64,000 nucleotides of DNA from an uncultured Gemmatimonadales bacterium (lineage in GTDB: Bacteria; Gemmatimonadota; Gemmatimonadetes; Gemmatimonadales; GWC2-71-9): contig CAWJIM010000005.1 in the NCBI GenBank assembly GCA_963842945.1, positions 96,001 through 160,000 on the forward strand. Direction: 5' to 3'. The notes under the pieces were generated by a model, which made no database searches, was not told the origin of the DNA, and saw only the letters and a list, made by a program, of their open reading frames with translations. Numbering within the stretch: position 1 is the first letter of the stretch; each line of letters begins with the position of its first letter. Shown here one piece after another: positions 31,623 through 42,374 of this stretch. The translations under genes and the position numbers were made by a program.

Positions 31623-33175
31623 CCCGGCACGCTGTGGTCCTTCCGCTGCTGCTGAGTGTTAGCCCGAGTCACGGGCTGCAGGATCGGCCAGTCCCCCAAT
31701 CCAGACCCATCATCGTGGCGTCGAAGCCATTTGGAGAGTCGTACCTGCTGGCGGAGATGTTTGCTCAGCTGCTGGAAGCGCGCGGCTACACTGTCAGCCG
31801 GCGACCCGGTCTGGGTGCCACGGAGATCGCCTTCCAGGCGCTTCGCGCCAATGCCATCGATGTGTATCCGGAATACACCGGTACCGGGCTCCTCGCCATT
31901 CTGGGGGAGCGGCCCAGTCCCGACCCAGCAGAAGTGTACCGCCGGGTAAGCCGCGAGTTCCGGGGGCGTTTCGGGGTGCGCTGGCTGCCGCCGCTCGGCT
32001 TTCAGAACACATATGCCATAGCCGTGCGGCAGGAAACCGCGCGGCAATACCACCTGACCACCCTGAGCGACTTGGCCCGGGTCTCGAGCCGGCTCCGGGC
32101 CGGGCTCACCGCGGATTTCATTGGGCGGGCCGATGGTCTGCCAGGGATAGAGGGCGCTTACGGGATCCGCTTCCGGGCGGTACGCGCGCTGCTGCCCGCG
32201 GTGAAGTACCAGGCGCTGGCCGCGGGCGAGGTCGATGTGATCGATGGGTATTCGACGGACGGCTTCATCGCGCGATACAACCTGGTCATCCTGGAGGACG
32301 ATCGCCGGTTCTTTCCTCCATACGAGGCCGCGGCGCTGGTCAGCTCCAGGTTTGCCCGCGAGCTTCCCGCCGCTCTGGGAGTGCTGACCGAGCTGAGCGG
32401 ACTTCTGACCGAGGCCGACATGCGGCGGCTCAATCGGCGGATCGAGGTGGATCGCGTCCCGGTGGCCCGGGTGGCCGGAGGAGCCCTGCTGGCGTTAGGC
32501 GTCACCCGGGCCGTCGCTGGTAATTCCGGGTTCTCCCGCAAACACGAGTCCGGTGTCGCCCGCTATCTGTGGGATCAGCGGAGCTCCATTCTGGCGTTGA
32601 CCCTGCGGCATTTGCTCCTGGTGAGCATCTCGCTGGTCGCGGCGATTCTCTGCGCGGTGCCGCTCGGATTGGCGCTGGAGCGCGGCCGCGGCTCGGCTGA
32701 GGCGGTTATTCGCGGAGTCGGCCTCCTGCAGACCGTCCCCAGCATTGCGCTGCTGGCGTTCATGATTCCCTTGCTGGGCATTGGCGTCATCCCGGCTCTG
32801 GTTGCCCTCTTCCTCTATTCGCTCTATCCCATTCTCCGAAACACCTACACCGGTGTGCGCGATGCCGCTCCCGATGCGGTAAGGGCCGCCTGGGCTCTGG
32901 GCATGACGCCGCGTCAGATCCTGCGTTACGTTCGTCTGCCGCTGGCCGCGCCGGTTATCATGGCGGGGATCCGTACCGCGGCGGTCATCAACGTCGGTAC
33001 CGCGACCCTCGCCGCATTCATCGGAGCGGGAGGGCTGGGCGATCTCATTGCCGCCGGGCTGGCGCTGTCCGACACCCGGATGATTCTTTCCGGAGCCTTG
33101 CCCGCGGCGGTTCTGGCCCTGCTGGTGGATGCGGGCCTCGGCCTCTGCGAGCGGGCCGTGCAACCCGGCGGCTAA
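31619..33175 (+). CDS. Fused substrate-binding protein + permease of OpuBC/ProX-type ABC transporter
   Basis: YPEYTGT, NTYA, YSTDG, FFPPY binding-domain motifs then QTVPSIALL, RNTYTG, FIGAGGLG permease motifs. Confidence 0.9.
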   Translation: MTRHAVVLPLLLSVSPSHGLQDRPVPQSRPIIVASKPFGESYLLAEMFAQLLEARGYTVSRRPGLGATEIAFQALRANAIDVYPEYTGTGLLAILGERPSPDPAEVYRRVSREFRGRFGVRWLPPLGFQNTYAIAVRQETARQYHLTTLSDLARVSSRLRAGLTADFIGRADGLPGIEGAYGIRFRAVRALLPAVKYQALAAGEVDVIDGYSTDGFIARYNLVILEDDRRFFPPYEAAALVSSRFARELPAALGVLTELSGLLTEADMRRLNRRIEVDRVPVARVAGGALLALGVTRAVAGNSGFSRKHESGVARYLWDQRSSILALTLRHLLLVSISLVAAILCAVPLGLALERGRGSAEAVIRGVGLLQTVPSIALLAFMIPLLGIGVIPALVALFLYSLYPILRNTYTGVRDAAPDAVRAAWALGMTPRQILRYVRLPLAAPVIMAGIRTAAVINVGTATLAAFIGAGGLGDLIAAGLALSDTRMILSGALPAAVLALLVDAGLGLCERAVQPGG

Positions 33176-33199
33176 CATTCTTTCGAGTTCAGCGATTCT

Positions 33200-34426
33200 G
33201 TGAGACTGCATCCTTTCCCTGCCATTCGCCCCGCGCCCGAGCTGGCCTCACGGGTAGCTGCGGTCCCTTACGACGTGGTCGATCGTGACGAAGCCGCCGA
33301 GCTGGCACGAGGCAATCCCCACAGCTTCCTCCATGTGGGGCGCTCCGACATCGATTTGCCGGAGGACACCGATCCGCACGACTCTCAGGTGTACGCCGGC
33401 GCTCGCGCGGCGCTCGAACGGTTTGTGGCGCAGGGCACACTGATCCGCGACCGGGAGCCCTCGCTCTATTTGTATCGCCAGATCATGGACGGCCGCACTC
33501 AGGTTGGCGTGGTGGGCTGTGTTCACGTGGATGATTACGAGAACGACGTGATTCGAAAACACGAGAAGACCCGCCCCGACAAGGAGGACGATCGCACCCG
33601 GCACGTCCTGACTCTGAATGCCCATGCCGAGCCGGTATTTCTGGCGTACCGGGGCGAGAACCGGGTAAACCAGATGACCTCCGCCGTAATGAGAACCGAG
33701 CCGCTGTACGACTTTACCGCTCCGGACGGCGTCCGGCATACCGTCTGGCGGGCCCCCGAGAGTCGAGCTCTGGTGCAGGCCTTCGAGGCGGTGCCCACGG
33801 CGTATGTCGCCGACGGTCATCACCGCTCCGCCAGCGCCTGGCGGGCCGGGAAAGAGCGCCGTGCCGCCAACGTCAGGCACCGGGGAGACGAGGAATACAA
33901 CTGGTTTCTCGCGGTGCTCTTTCCGGCCGACCAGCTCACCATCCTTCCTTATAACCGGGTGGTGCGCGACCTGGCCGGTAAGACTCCCGCCGACGTCCTT
34001 CGGGACCTGGCCAAAGTCGGCCGGCTCAGCCGAACGGACGACCCCCGTCCGTCTCGTCCGGGCAGCTTCGGCGTCTACCTCGATGGGGTATGGCACCGGC
34101 TCGAGCTCGATCCCGGTAGCATCGATCGGTCCGATCCCATCGGATCCCTCGATGTCTCGCTGCTGCAGGACCGGGTGCTCGGCCCCATCCTTCGGGTGGG
34201 CGACCCTCGAACCGACAAGCGGCTGGAGTTCGTGGGGGGCATCCGGGGAACTGCGGAGCTGGAACGAAGAGTGAAGTCAGGGGATATGGCGATCGCGTTT
34301 TCGCTGTGCCCGACCACCATGGAGCAGCTGATTGCCGTGTCCGATGCCGGCAAGGTGATGCCGCCCAAGAGCACCTGGTTCGAGCCCAAGCTCAGGAGCG
34401 GCCTGTTCGTCCATGAGTTAGGTTAG
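33200..34426 (+). CDS. DUF1015-family protein
   Basis: PYDV, KHEKTR..KE.DR, YVADGHHRSA, MPPKSTWFEPKLRSGL. Confidence 0.92.
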   Translation: MRLHPFPAIRPAPELASRVAAVPYDVVDRDEAAELARGNPHSFLHVGRSDIDLPEDTDPHDSQVYAGARAALERFVAQGTLIRDREPSLYLYRQIMDGRTQVGVVGCVHVDDYENDVIRKHEKTRPDKEDDRTRHVLTLNAHAEPVFLAYRGENRVNQMTSAVMRTEPLYDFTAPDGVRHTVWRAPESRALVQAFEAVPTAYVADGHHRSASAWRAGKERRAANVRHRGDEEYNWFLAVLFPADQLTILPYNRVVRDLAGKTPADVLRDLAKVGRLSRTDDPRPSRPGSFGVYLDGVWHRLELDPGSIDRSDPIGSLDVSLLQDRVLGPILRVGDPRTDKRLEFVGGIRGTAELERRVKSGDMAIAFSLCPTTMEQLIAVSDAGKVMPPKSTWFEPKLRSGLFVHELG

Positions 34427-34459
34427 TCGCGACACTAGAATCTTGCATATGGAGAAGGC

Positions 34460-35687
34460 ATGAAGGTTCTCATCGCCGACAAATTCGAGAAGGTCGGCAT
34501 CGATGGGTTGAAGGAGCTGGGCTGCACCGTCATCTCCGAGCCCGACATCAAGGCCGACGGCCTGCCCGATCTGATCCGGCGGGTCGATCCCAATATTCTC
34601 ATCGTGCGCAGCAAGAAGGTGAACGTCGATGCGCTGCGCGCGGGCACCGCCCTCACCCTGGTGATCCGCGCCGGTGCCGGCATCGATACCATCGACGTCG
34701 CCGCTGCGTCCGAGCTCGGGCGTCTTTGTCTCCAACTGTCCGGCTAAAAATTCGATCGCGGTGGCCGAGCTGGTGATGGGGCTGCTCCTGTCCTGCGACC
34801 GGCGCATCCCCGACCAGGTTGCCGACTTGCGCCAGGGAAAGTGGAACAAGGCGGAGTACTCCAAGGCCCGCGGGCTCCACGGCCGCACTCTGGGCATCGT
34901 CGGCCTGGGTCAGATTGGCCGGGAGGTGGCCCAGCGGGCGCGGGCCTTCGGAATGCGGGTGGTGGCCTGGTCGCGAAATCTGACCCACGAAGAGGCCGAG
35001 CGGCTCGACCTGGTATACGCTTTGACCCCTCTGGAGGTGGCCCGGCTGGCCGACGCGGTGACCGTCAACGTGGCGGCAACCCCGGAAACCAAACATCTGG
35101 TGAACGCCGAGTTCCTCGCCGCGATGAAGCCAGGGTCCTACCTCATCAATACCGCGCGTGGATCCGTGGTAGACGAGGCGGCGCTACAACAGGCCGTGCG
35201 TGAGCGGGGAATTCGAGCAGGGCTCGATGTGTTTCAGAACGAGCCCGGTACCAGCACCGGCGAGTTTGCCAGCGCCATTGCCCGGACGTCCGGTGTCTAC
35301 GGAACCCACCACGTGGGCGCCTCCACCGACCAGGCTCAGGTTGCCATTGCCCACGAGGTCATTCGCATCGTTCAGTCGTTCCGCGCTACCGGTGAGGTGC
35401 CCAACGTGGTGAATCGTCTGGCCCGGAGCTCGGCCACTCACGTCCTGACCATTCGGCACCGCAATCGACCCGGGGTTCTGGCCCACGTCTTTGGCGTGCT
35501 GGCCGGAGCGGAGATCAATGTCGAAGAGGTCGAGAACATCATCTATCACGGCGCGCAGGCCACCCTGGCACGGATCCACCTGGATGGTCAACCGGAGTCG
35601 TCGGCCCTTACCCGCATTCGCGAGGGCAACCCGGACATCATCAGCGCCGAGTTGAGCGCCATCAACGGAAAGTCGAGAAAATCATGA
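34460..35687 (+). CDS. serA: D-3-phosphoglycerate dehydrogenase with C-terminal ACT domain, frameshift near 34720
   Basis: RAGAG.D.ID, GLGQIG, INTARG, HVGAST, H.NRPGVL; adjacent to serC. Confidence 0.9.
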
Positions 35688-36790
35688 GCCAGCGCATCCA
35701 CAACTTCAGTGCCGGTCCGGCCGCCTTGCCGGAGCCGGTTCTCCGCAAGGCTCAGGAGGCCATCTGGGATGTCGCCAACAGCGGTATCGGCATCATGGAG
35801 CACAGCCACCGGGGCAAGGTGTTCGACCGGATCATTGTGGAGGCGGAGCAGGCCTGCCGTAGCCTCGCCAACATTCCTGACAACTACAGGGTGCTGTTCC
35901 TTCAGGGTGGCGCCTCACTTCAGTTCGCCATGGTCCCCATGAACCTGATGCGGGACGGTGCCACAGCGGACTATCTGGTCACCGGAGTCTGGTCGCAAAA
36001 GGCGGTGAAAGAAGCCAAGCCGATCGGCAAGGTGCATATCGCCGGTACGAGCGAAGCCACCAACTTCGACCGCATTCCCAAGGCCGCAGAGATTCGATAC
36101 TCCTCCAGTCCGGCCTACGTTCATTTCACTACCAACAACACGATTTACGGGACGCAGTGGCGGGACGAGCCCTCCGCTCCGGCCGGAGCTCCCCTGGTGG
36201 CGGACACCTCCAGCGACATGTACAGCCGTCCCATCGATGTGCGGAAATACGGCTTGATCTATGCCGGCGCGCAGAAAAATCTGGGCCCCTCCGGCGTGGT
36301 GCTGGTCATCGTTCGGGACGATCTGGTCGAGGCCGGCAGCAAAACCATTCCGACCATGCTGCAGTACCGCACCCACGCGGCGGAGAACTCGATGTACAAC
36401 ACGCCGCCCACCTTCGGCATCTACGTGATGGGTGAGATCTTCAAATGGATTCAGGGTCAGGGCGGGCTGGCAGCCATGGCGGAATACAATGAGTCCAAAG
36501 CCCTGCTGCTCTACGACTATATGGACAACAGCGATTTCTTTCGGGGCACGGCGCAGCGGGACAGCCGCTCGCTGATGAATGTCTGCTTCCGCGCTCCTAC
36601 CGAGGATCTGGAGACCAAATTCATCAGCGAGGCCACCAAGCGCGGGCTCGATGGACTGAAGGGACATCGCTCAGTCGGCGGCATGCGAGCCAGCATTTAC
36701 AACGCCTGTCCCCGCGAAGCAGTGGAAGCGCTGGTCCGGTTCATGAAGGAGTTCGAGCGGGCCAATCGAGCCGAAGCTGCGCGAACCTGA
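35684..36790 (+). CDS. serC: Phosphoserine aminotransferase
   Basis: [47 protein letters not shown]. Confidence 0.97.
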   Translation: MSQRIHNFSAGPAALPEPVLRKAQEAIWDVANSGIGIMEHSHRGKVFDRIIVEAEQACRSLANIPDNYRVLFLQGGASLQFAMVPMNLMRDGATADYLVTGVWSQKAVKEAKPIGKVHIAGTSEATNFDRIPKAAEIRYSSSPAYVHFTTNNTIYGTQWRDEPSAPAGAPLVADTSSDMYSRPIDVRKYGLIYAGAQKNLGPSGVVLVIVRDDLVEAGSKTIPTMLQYRTHAAENSMYNTPPTFGIYVMGEIFKWIQGQGGLAAMAEYNESKALLLYDYMDNSDFFRGTAQRDSRSLMNVCFRAPTEDLETKFISEATKRGLDGLKGHRSVGGMRASIYNACPREAVEALVRFMKEFERANRAEAART

Positions 36791-36797
36791 GCCGGCA

Positions 36798-38153
36798 ATG
36801 CTGCACAGCCTCTGTCTCAGCCTCCTCCTCTGCACTGCTCCCGCGCCCGCCGACACCACCGTGGCGTTCGTTGACGTCACGGTCATTCCGATGGACCGGG
36901 ATCGCTCGATTCCCCACAGCACTGTACTGGTTCAGGGCGGCCGGATTGTAAGGGTTGGACCCGCCAAAGAGGTCACCATTCCGGCGGGAACGGTCCAGGT
37001 GGATGGCCGGGGCAAGTTTCTGATCCCCGGCCTGGCGGAGATGCACGCCCACATCCCCGGCGGCCAGGCGAGCGACACCGAAGTGCAGCAGACCCTCTTC
37101 CTCTATGTGGCTGGAGGCATCACCACCATCCGGGGAATGTTGGGCCACCCGCGCCATCTCCAGCTGCGGGCCCAGGCCTCCCGCCCGGGCGTCATCAGCC
37201 CCTGGATCTACACCTCGGGCCCCTCGTTCAACGGCAACACCGTACCTACGGTACAATCGGCCGTCACCAGAGTGGCCGAACAAAAAGAAGCGGGCTACGA
37301 CTTCATCAAGATCCATCCCGGAATCAAGCGGGAGGTGTTCGACTCGCTCAGCGCGGCAGCGCAACGCGCCGGTCTCCGTATGGCCGGCCACGTCCCGCTG
37401 GAGGTCGGGCTGCAGCGTGCCCTCGAGGTTCCTTATGCCAGCATCGACCATCTGGACGGCTACGTCGAAGCGATGGTCCGCGCCGATTCGCCGATCGGCC
37501 CGTCAGAGTCGCAGCTCTTCGGGCTCAACCTGGGCGAGCACCTGGACGAATCGCGGATCGGCTCGCTGGTAAAAGCCACGAAAGAGGCTGGGGTGTGGAA
37601 CGTCCCGACCCAGTCGCTGATGGAGAACCTGGCTCCGGCAGTCAGTGCAGAGGCGCTGGCGCGCCGGCCGGAAATGCGGTTTGTCCCCCCGGATATGCTG
37701 GCCGAATGGACTCAGGAAAAGGGCTCCATCCTGAGCGAGACCGGCTCGTCGGCCGAGTCTGCCCGACGTACCCTCGAAGTCCGGCGGAAGCTGATCCGGG
37801 CTTTGCACGCCGGAGGGGCGGGACTTCTCCTGGGCTCTGATGCGCCGCAGATCTACAACGTGCCGGGCTACTCGATCCACCGAGAGCTCGAGGCCATAGT
37901 CGCGGCTGGGTTGACGCCGTATCAGGCGCTGGAGACAGGGACCCGCAACGTGGCGCTGTTCTTTGGCACGCTGGCCGAGACCGGAACGATTGAAGCAGGG
38001 AAGCGCGCCGACCTGGTGCTGCTCGAGGGCAATCCCCTCAGCGATATCCGGAATACGTCACGCCGGGCCGGCGTGATGCTCCACGGGCGCTGGCTCTCCA
38101 AAGACGAAATCGAGAGCCGCCTCGCGGCCATCGCTAAGGGTGTGAGGAGCTGA
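36798..38153 (+). CDS. Secreted amidohydrolase-family protein
   Basis: PGLAEMHAH, FIKIH, GHVP, IDH, LGSDAP, GKRADLVLL. Confidence 0.9.
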   Translation: MLHSLCLSLLLCTAPAPADTTVAFVDVTVIPMDRDRSIPHSTVLVQGGRIVRVGPAKEVTIPAGTVQVDGRGKFLIPGLAEMHAHIPGGQASDTEVQQTLFLYVAGGITTIRGMLGHPRHLQLRAQASRPGVISPWIYTSGPSFNGNTVPTVQSAVTRVAEQKEAGYDFIKIHPGIKREVFDSLSAAAQRAGLRMAGHVPLEVGLQRALEVPYASIDHLDGYVEAMVRADSPIGPSESQLFGLNLGEHLDESRIGSLVKATKEAGVWNVPTQSLMENLAPAVSAEALARRPEMRFVPPDMLAEWTQEKGSILSETGSSAESARRTLEVRRKLIRALHAGGAGLLLGSDAPQIYNVPGYSIHRELEAIVAAGLTPYQALETGTRNVALFFGTLAETGTIEAGKRADLVLLEGNPLSDIRNTSRRAGVMLHGRWLSKDEIESRLAAIAKGVRS

Positions 38154-39276
38154 TCAGACTGTAGCCAGCGACTTGACCAGCTCGGCGTTGGTGCGGTTGC
38201 GCTTGAGGTCGGTGAGCAGATCGTTCATGGCGTTGATCGGCGTCATGCCGCCAATCCGCTGACGCAGGAGCTCGTGACGCCGCCAGAGTCTCTTCGTTCA
38301 GGAGCAGCTCCTCCCGGCGCGTAGCGCTCGCCACCAGGTCGATCGCCGGGAAGATCCGCCGTTCCGCCAACTCCCGGCTCAGCACCAGCTCGCTGTTGCC
38401 GGTTCCCTTGAACTCCTCGAAGATCACCTGGTCCATCCTGCTACCCGTATCCACCAGTGCGGTGGCAATGATGGTCAGCGAACCGCCGCCCTGGGCCGAA
38501 TCAATTCGACGCGCGCTACCCAGGAACCGCTTGGGCTTCTCCATGGATTGAGCATCGAGCCCTCCGGACAGTGTTCGGCCAGTCCCTTTTTCCACCGTGT
38601 TGTAGGCCCGGGCCAGGCGGGTGAGGGAATCCACGATCAGAACCACGTCGTCACCCAGCTCTACCCGGCGTCGCGCGCGCTCCAGGGTGAGCTCGGCCAG
38701 GGCGACATGGCGTTGCGCCGGATTGTCGAAGCTGGAGGCGATGACTTCTCCCACGCCGGCGGCTTCCATCTCGAACACCTCTTCCGGCCGCTCATCCACC
38801 AGGAGGATGAAGAGATCGGCGCCGGGGTAGTTGACGCTCACTCCCTGGGCGATCGACTGAAGCACCATGGTCTTGCCCGCTTTAGCCGGGGCCACGATCA
38901 GAGCGCGTTGGCCCTTGCCCATAGGACAGAGCAGATCGATCACCCGATTGGTGTAGTCCGCCTGGCCTCCAACGGCGCCGTCGGCCTCGAGGCGGAGCCG
39001 CTCGTTGGGATGAATCGCCGGCAGGCGACTGAAATCGGGGCGCTCGCCGAGCGTGTCCGGAGCTCTTCCCAGAACAGACGTTACCTTCTCGAGCGAAGGG
39101 CCTCTCCCTTTGCCGCCGCTGCGCACCGAACCGTCGATCTCGTCGCCCGGTCGCAGCCCCAGCTGTCGGATGAGGCGCTCGCCCACATGAACGTCGCCGT
39201 TGGATGGCAGGTATCCGGCCTCCCGCCGGCGAAGAAATCCGCTACCCTTGCCCGCCAGCTCCAGGACGCCGAGCAT
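38154..39276 (-). CDS. rho: Short transcription termination factor Rho, frameshift near 38270
   Basis: [52 protein letters not shown]. Confidence 0.92.
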
Positions 39277-39695
39277 CACCGTGCCGCCGCGGCGGCGGAC
39301 TTCTTTATCCGGTGGAGAATGGCCGTGAGTCCCTGGGTCCGGGTCATTCCAAGTGTCTCGCTCAAACCGAGCCGATCCAGCAGGTCGAGCGGGATATCGG
39401 CGACCACTTCGGGCTTTTGGCCTTCGAGAGTGCGCGCCAGCAGTGAGATGAATCCTCGTACGGTGGGAGCTTCCCGGGGAACATCGGCGTGGATGTGGAC
39501 TCCACCATCGTCGACCTCGACCCAGAGATAGACCGTGGTCTGACATTCGTCCACGCGATTATGACCCAACTGCTTTTCTGCCTCATAGCGGTCAGGGAGT
39601 GGCGGCAGCTTCTTGGAGTAATCGAGGAGGGTTTCCAATCGGGTCTGTCGGTCGGCTGCCTTGAAACGGGGAATCAGATTTTCCAGGCTCGGCAT
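39276..39695 (-). CDS. sufE: SufE-family sulfur acceptor
   Basis: LLDYSKKLPPL, V.ECQT.VYL, EAPTVRGF, R.QGL. Confidence 0.9.
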   Translation of the reverse strand: MPSLENLIPRFKAADRQTRLETLLDYSKKLPPLPDRYEAEKQLGHNRVDECQTTVYLWVEVDDGGVHIHADVPREAPTVRGFISLLARTLEGQKPEVVADIPLDLLDRLGLSETLGMTRTQGLTAILHRIKKSAAAAAR

Positions 39696-39721
39696 TCCGG
39701 CTCTTGGCTAAGGTCCTCCTA

Positions 39722-40798
39722 TCAAGCTGGCACGCTTTCGTCTTTAGGGCTATCCCTCTGGATGCGTTCCCGCTCTAAAATCGTCCGCTTGCGCTCCGCA
39801 CCCCAGCGATAGCCGCCTGTCTCTCCGTGCTCCCGGATGGCCCGATGGCAAGGAATGACCAGGGCCAGCCGGTTGCTCGCGCACGCGCCGGCGACGGCCC
39901 GGGCCGCGGTTGGCCGGCCCAGTTCCCGGGCAATCGCCTGATAGGAGCGGGTTTCTCCGGCGGGTATCCTCCGCAAGGCCTCCCAGACTCGGTGCTGGAA
40001 GTCGGTGCCCGAGACATCGAGTGCAAGCGCTGTTTCCTCACCGCCGGAGAGCCGGGCTATCAGTTGGTCGGTGTACGGGCTCAGTGCTCCGTCGTCTCTC
40101 TCCAGCCGGGCCTCCGGAAACTCGGCCCGAAGCCTTTGTTCCAGGTCGGAGCCGTCGTCGCCCAGCATGACGCTGCAGAGCCCCCGATCGGTGGCCGCCG
40201 CCAACAACTGGCCGACCGGGGTGGGCACCACCGTAAAGTTGATGCTGAGTCCTCTACCTCCTTTTCGATACACGCCCGGGGTCATGCCCAAGGAGGATCG
40301 CGCATGCTCGTAGGCTCGGCTGCCCGAACCGTAGCCCGCGTCATACGTGGCCCGGCTCACGGTGTCCCCCTGCCGAAGCCCGGACTTCATCCGCTCCATC
40401 CGCAGGGCGCTCGCATAAGCCTTGGGGCTCAACCCTACCAGCCGCTTGAACTTCCTTTGCAGGTGAAAGGGACTCATCTGGGCCACCTTCCCCAGTTGTT
40501 CCAGGGTGACCGTCTCTCCGGCATGGCGGTCAAGATAGTCCCGGGCCAACTCGACCTGCCGCATCCCGGCCTTCATCGGATCGGCCGGCCGGCAGCGCAA
40601 ACAGGCGCGAAAGCCGGCCCCTTCGGCTTCAATGGGGCTCCCGAAGAACCGCACTCTGGAACGCACCGGGCGGCGGGAAGGGCAGGAGGGCCGGCAATAA
40701 ATGCCGGTAGAGGCGACTCCGTAGACGAACAGCCCGTCCTGACTCGAGTCCCGAGCCAGAACTGATTGCCATTTCAGGTCTTCCGACTGCTGGATCAC
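39722..40798 (-). CDS. ada: Bifunctional Ada regulator / O6-methylguanine-DNA methyltransferase
   Basis: TGIYCRPSC, GFRACLRC zinc site, AraC HTH, IPCHR active site. Confidence 0.96.
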   Translation of the reverse strand: MIQQSEDLKWQSVLARDSSQDGLFVYGVASTGIYCRPSCPSRRPVRSRVRFFGSPIEAEGAGFRACLRCRPADPMKAGMRQVELARDYLDRHAGETVTLEQLGKVAQMSPFHLQRKFKRLVGLSPKAYASALRMERMKSGLRQGDTVSRATYDAGYGSGSRAYEHARSSLGMTPGVYRKGGRGLSINFTVVPTPVGQLLAAATDRGLCSVMLGDDGSDLEQRLRAEFPEARLERDDGALSPYTDQLIARLSGGEETALALDVSGTDFQHRVWEALRRIPAGETRSYQAIARELGRPTAARAVAGACASNRLALVIPCHRAIREHGETGGYRWGAERKRTILERERIQRDSPKDESVPA

Positions 40799-41048
40799 GG
40801 GTTCCTCCTGCGGGCCATTTTTGGCTATCCGTCACCGACTCACGGTTTCTGGGTTCCCATCATGGTAGCATCTGAACCGTAACCGGACTATCGGCTTCTT
40901 GCGTTCAAAGCCCGGTAGGAACTCCCTTGCCGGGTACAATGTTACAGTCTCCCGTGGGCTCATCGCGCCGCTCGCGGAGTGCCCAAATCGGGCGTATGAT
41001 AAAACGGTTCCTCTAACGGCTTCAGCCTGACGGTAAGGCCAACTACCG

Positions 41049-42374
41049 ATGACAACGATAGCGCTTTCCGGCAGGGTTGACCGCCAGGCCATCGCCCAGG
41101 AGCTCGCAGAAGCCAGAGCCCGGACGCTGCTGCTTCTTGCCCCCCTGTCGGACGAGGATCTCCGAATCCAGCACGATCCCTTGATGAGTCCCTTGCTGTG
41201 GGACCTGGGGCATATCGCGCATTTCGAGGAGCTGTGGCTCACTCGAAATCTGGACGGCCCGATCGAGTTCGTGGAGATGCCGGGACTCTATAATCCGTTT
41301 GAGCATCCCCGAAAGGAACGGGGCAAGCTGGCTCTGCCGGGACTCGCTCACTCGGTTGAGGTGATGGAGGATATCCGCCGGCGGGTGCTCGCTCGACTTG
41401 CAGCCGCAGACTTCGATTCCTCGACTCCTCTGCTGCAGGACGGATACGTGTACCGGATGGTGCTCCAACACGAGTATCAGCACAACGAGACCATGCTGCA
41501 GACCCTGCAGCTCAAGCAGGGAACTCCCTACACGCCGGCGCTGCGCTATCCGATTCCCCTGCCGCCGGTCTCAGATCTGATACGGCCGGGAGCGATGACC
41601 TACTTCCCCGGCGGAGATGTCGAGATCGGCACCGAGGACCGCGCTGCGGCGTACGACAACGAGCGCGTGCGGCACACCGTTGCCCTCGATCCCTACTGGA
41701 TCGACGTGCATCCCGTCACCAACGGAGAGTTTGCGGAATTCATCGCGGCCGGCGGTTACTCAACCCCCGAGTTCTGGTCCGATGCCGGATGGCGGTGGCT
41801 GGAGGAGTCGGGTGCTGTCGCGCCGAAATACTGGAATCGGGTGGACGGCGTGTGGAGCTGTCGTTCGATGGACCGCATCGCCCCGGTGGACCCGCTCCAC
41901 CCCGTGTGCCACGTGTGCTACTACGAAGCCGAGGCGTTCGCGCGGTATGCGGGAAAGCGGTTGCCTACGGAGTTCGAGTGGGAGGCAGCCGCGTCCTGGC
42001 ATCCGGTCGAACGCAGCAAGCGCAGCTATCCATGGGGAGAGGCTCCCGCGGGGCGAGAGTTGGCCAACGTCGACCAGCTGAGCTTCGGCACCGCGCCGAT
42101 CGGTAGTTATCCGGCCAACGTTTCGCCCATCGGGTGCAGCGGGATGATCGGTGATGTGTGGGAGTGGACCTCGAGCGATTTCCAGCCGTACCCCGATTTT
42201 CAAAGCTTTCCGTACCCCGAGTATTCCGAAGCGTTCTTCGGAAGCGAGTACAAGGTTCTCCGGGGCGGCTCGTGGGCCACCCGCCCAGGCGCGGTTCGCA
42301 ACACCTTCCGCAATTGGGATTACCCCATCCGCCGCCAGATCTTCAGCGGCTTCCGGTGCGTACGAGATGTCTGA
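41049..42374 (+). CDS. egtB: Ergothioneine biosynthesis sulfoxide synthase
   Basis: DinB domain MSPLLWDLGHIAHFEELW and QHEYQHNET iron ligands plus FGE-sulfatase domain RLPTEFEWE, GDVWEW, FSGFRC. Confidence 0.92.
   Translation: MTTIALSGRVDRQAIAQELAEARARTLLLLAPLSDEDLRIQHDPLMSPLLWDLGHIAHFEELWLTRNLDGPIEFVEMPGLYNPFEHPRKERGKLALPGLAHSVEVMEDIRRRVLARLAAADFDSSTPLLQDGYVYRMVLQHEYQHNETMLQTLQLKQGTPYTPALRYPIPLPPVSDLIRPGAMTYFPGGDVEIGTEDRAAAYDNERVRHTVALDPYWIDVHPVTNGEFAEFIAAGGYSTPEFWSDAGWRWLEESGAVAPKYWNRVDGVWSCRSMDRIAPVDPLHPVCHVCYYEAEAFARYAGKRLPTEFEWEAAASWHPVERSKRSYPWGEAPAGRELANVDQLSFGTAPIGSYPANVSPIGCSGMIGDVWEWTSSDFQPYPDFQSFPYPEYSEAFFGSEYKVLRGGSWATRPGAVRNTFRNWDYPIRRQIFSGFRCVRDV

Noticed and set aside
40800..41048. 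Riboswitch or Ada box in the ada/egtB divergent region
   Set aside because: Only short hairpins and -10-like hexamers; no recognisable aptamer or convincing Ada box
41049..42374. Selenoneine synthase SenA
   Set aside because: No senB/senC adjacent; context with egtD and egtA and the MSPLLWDLGH motif fit EgtB
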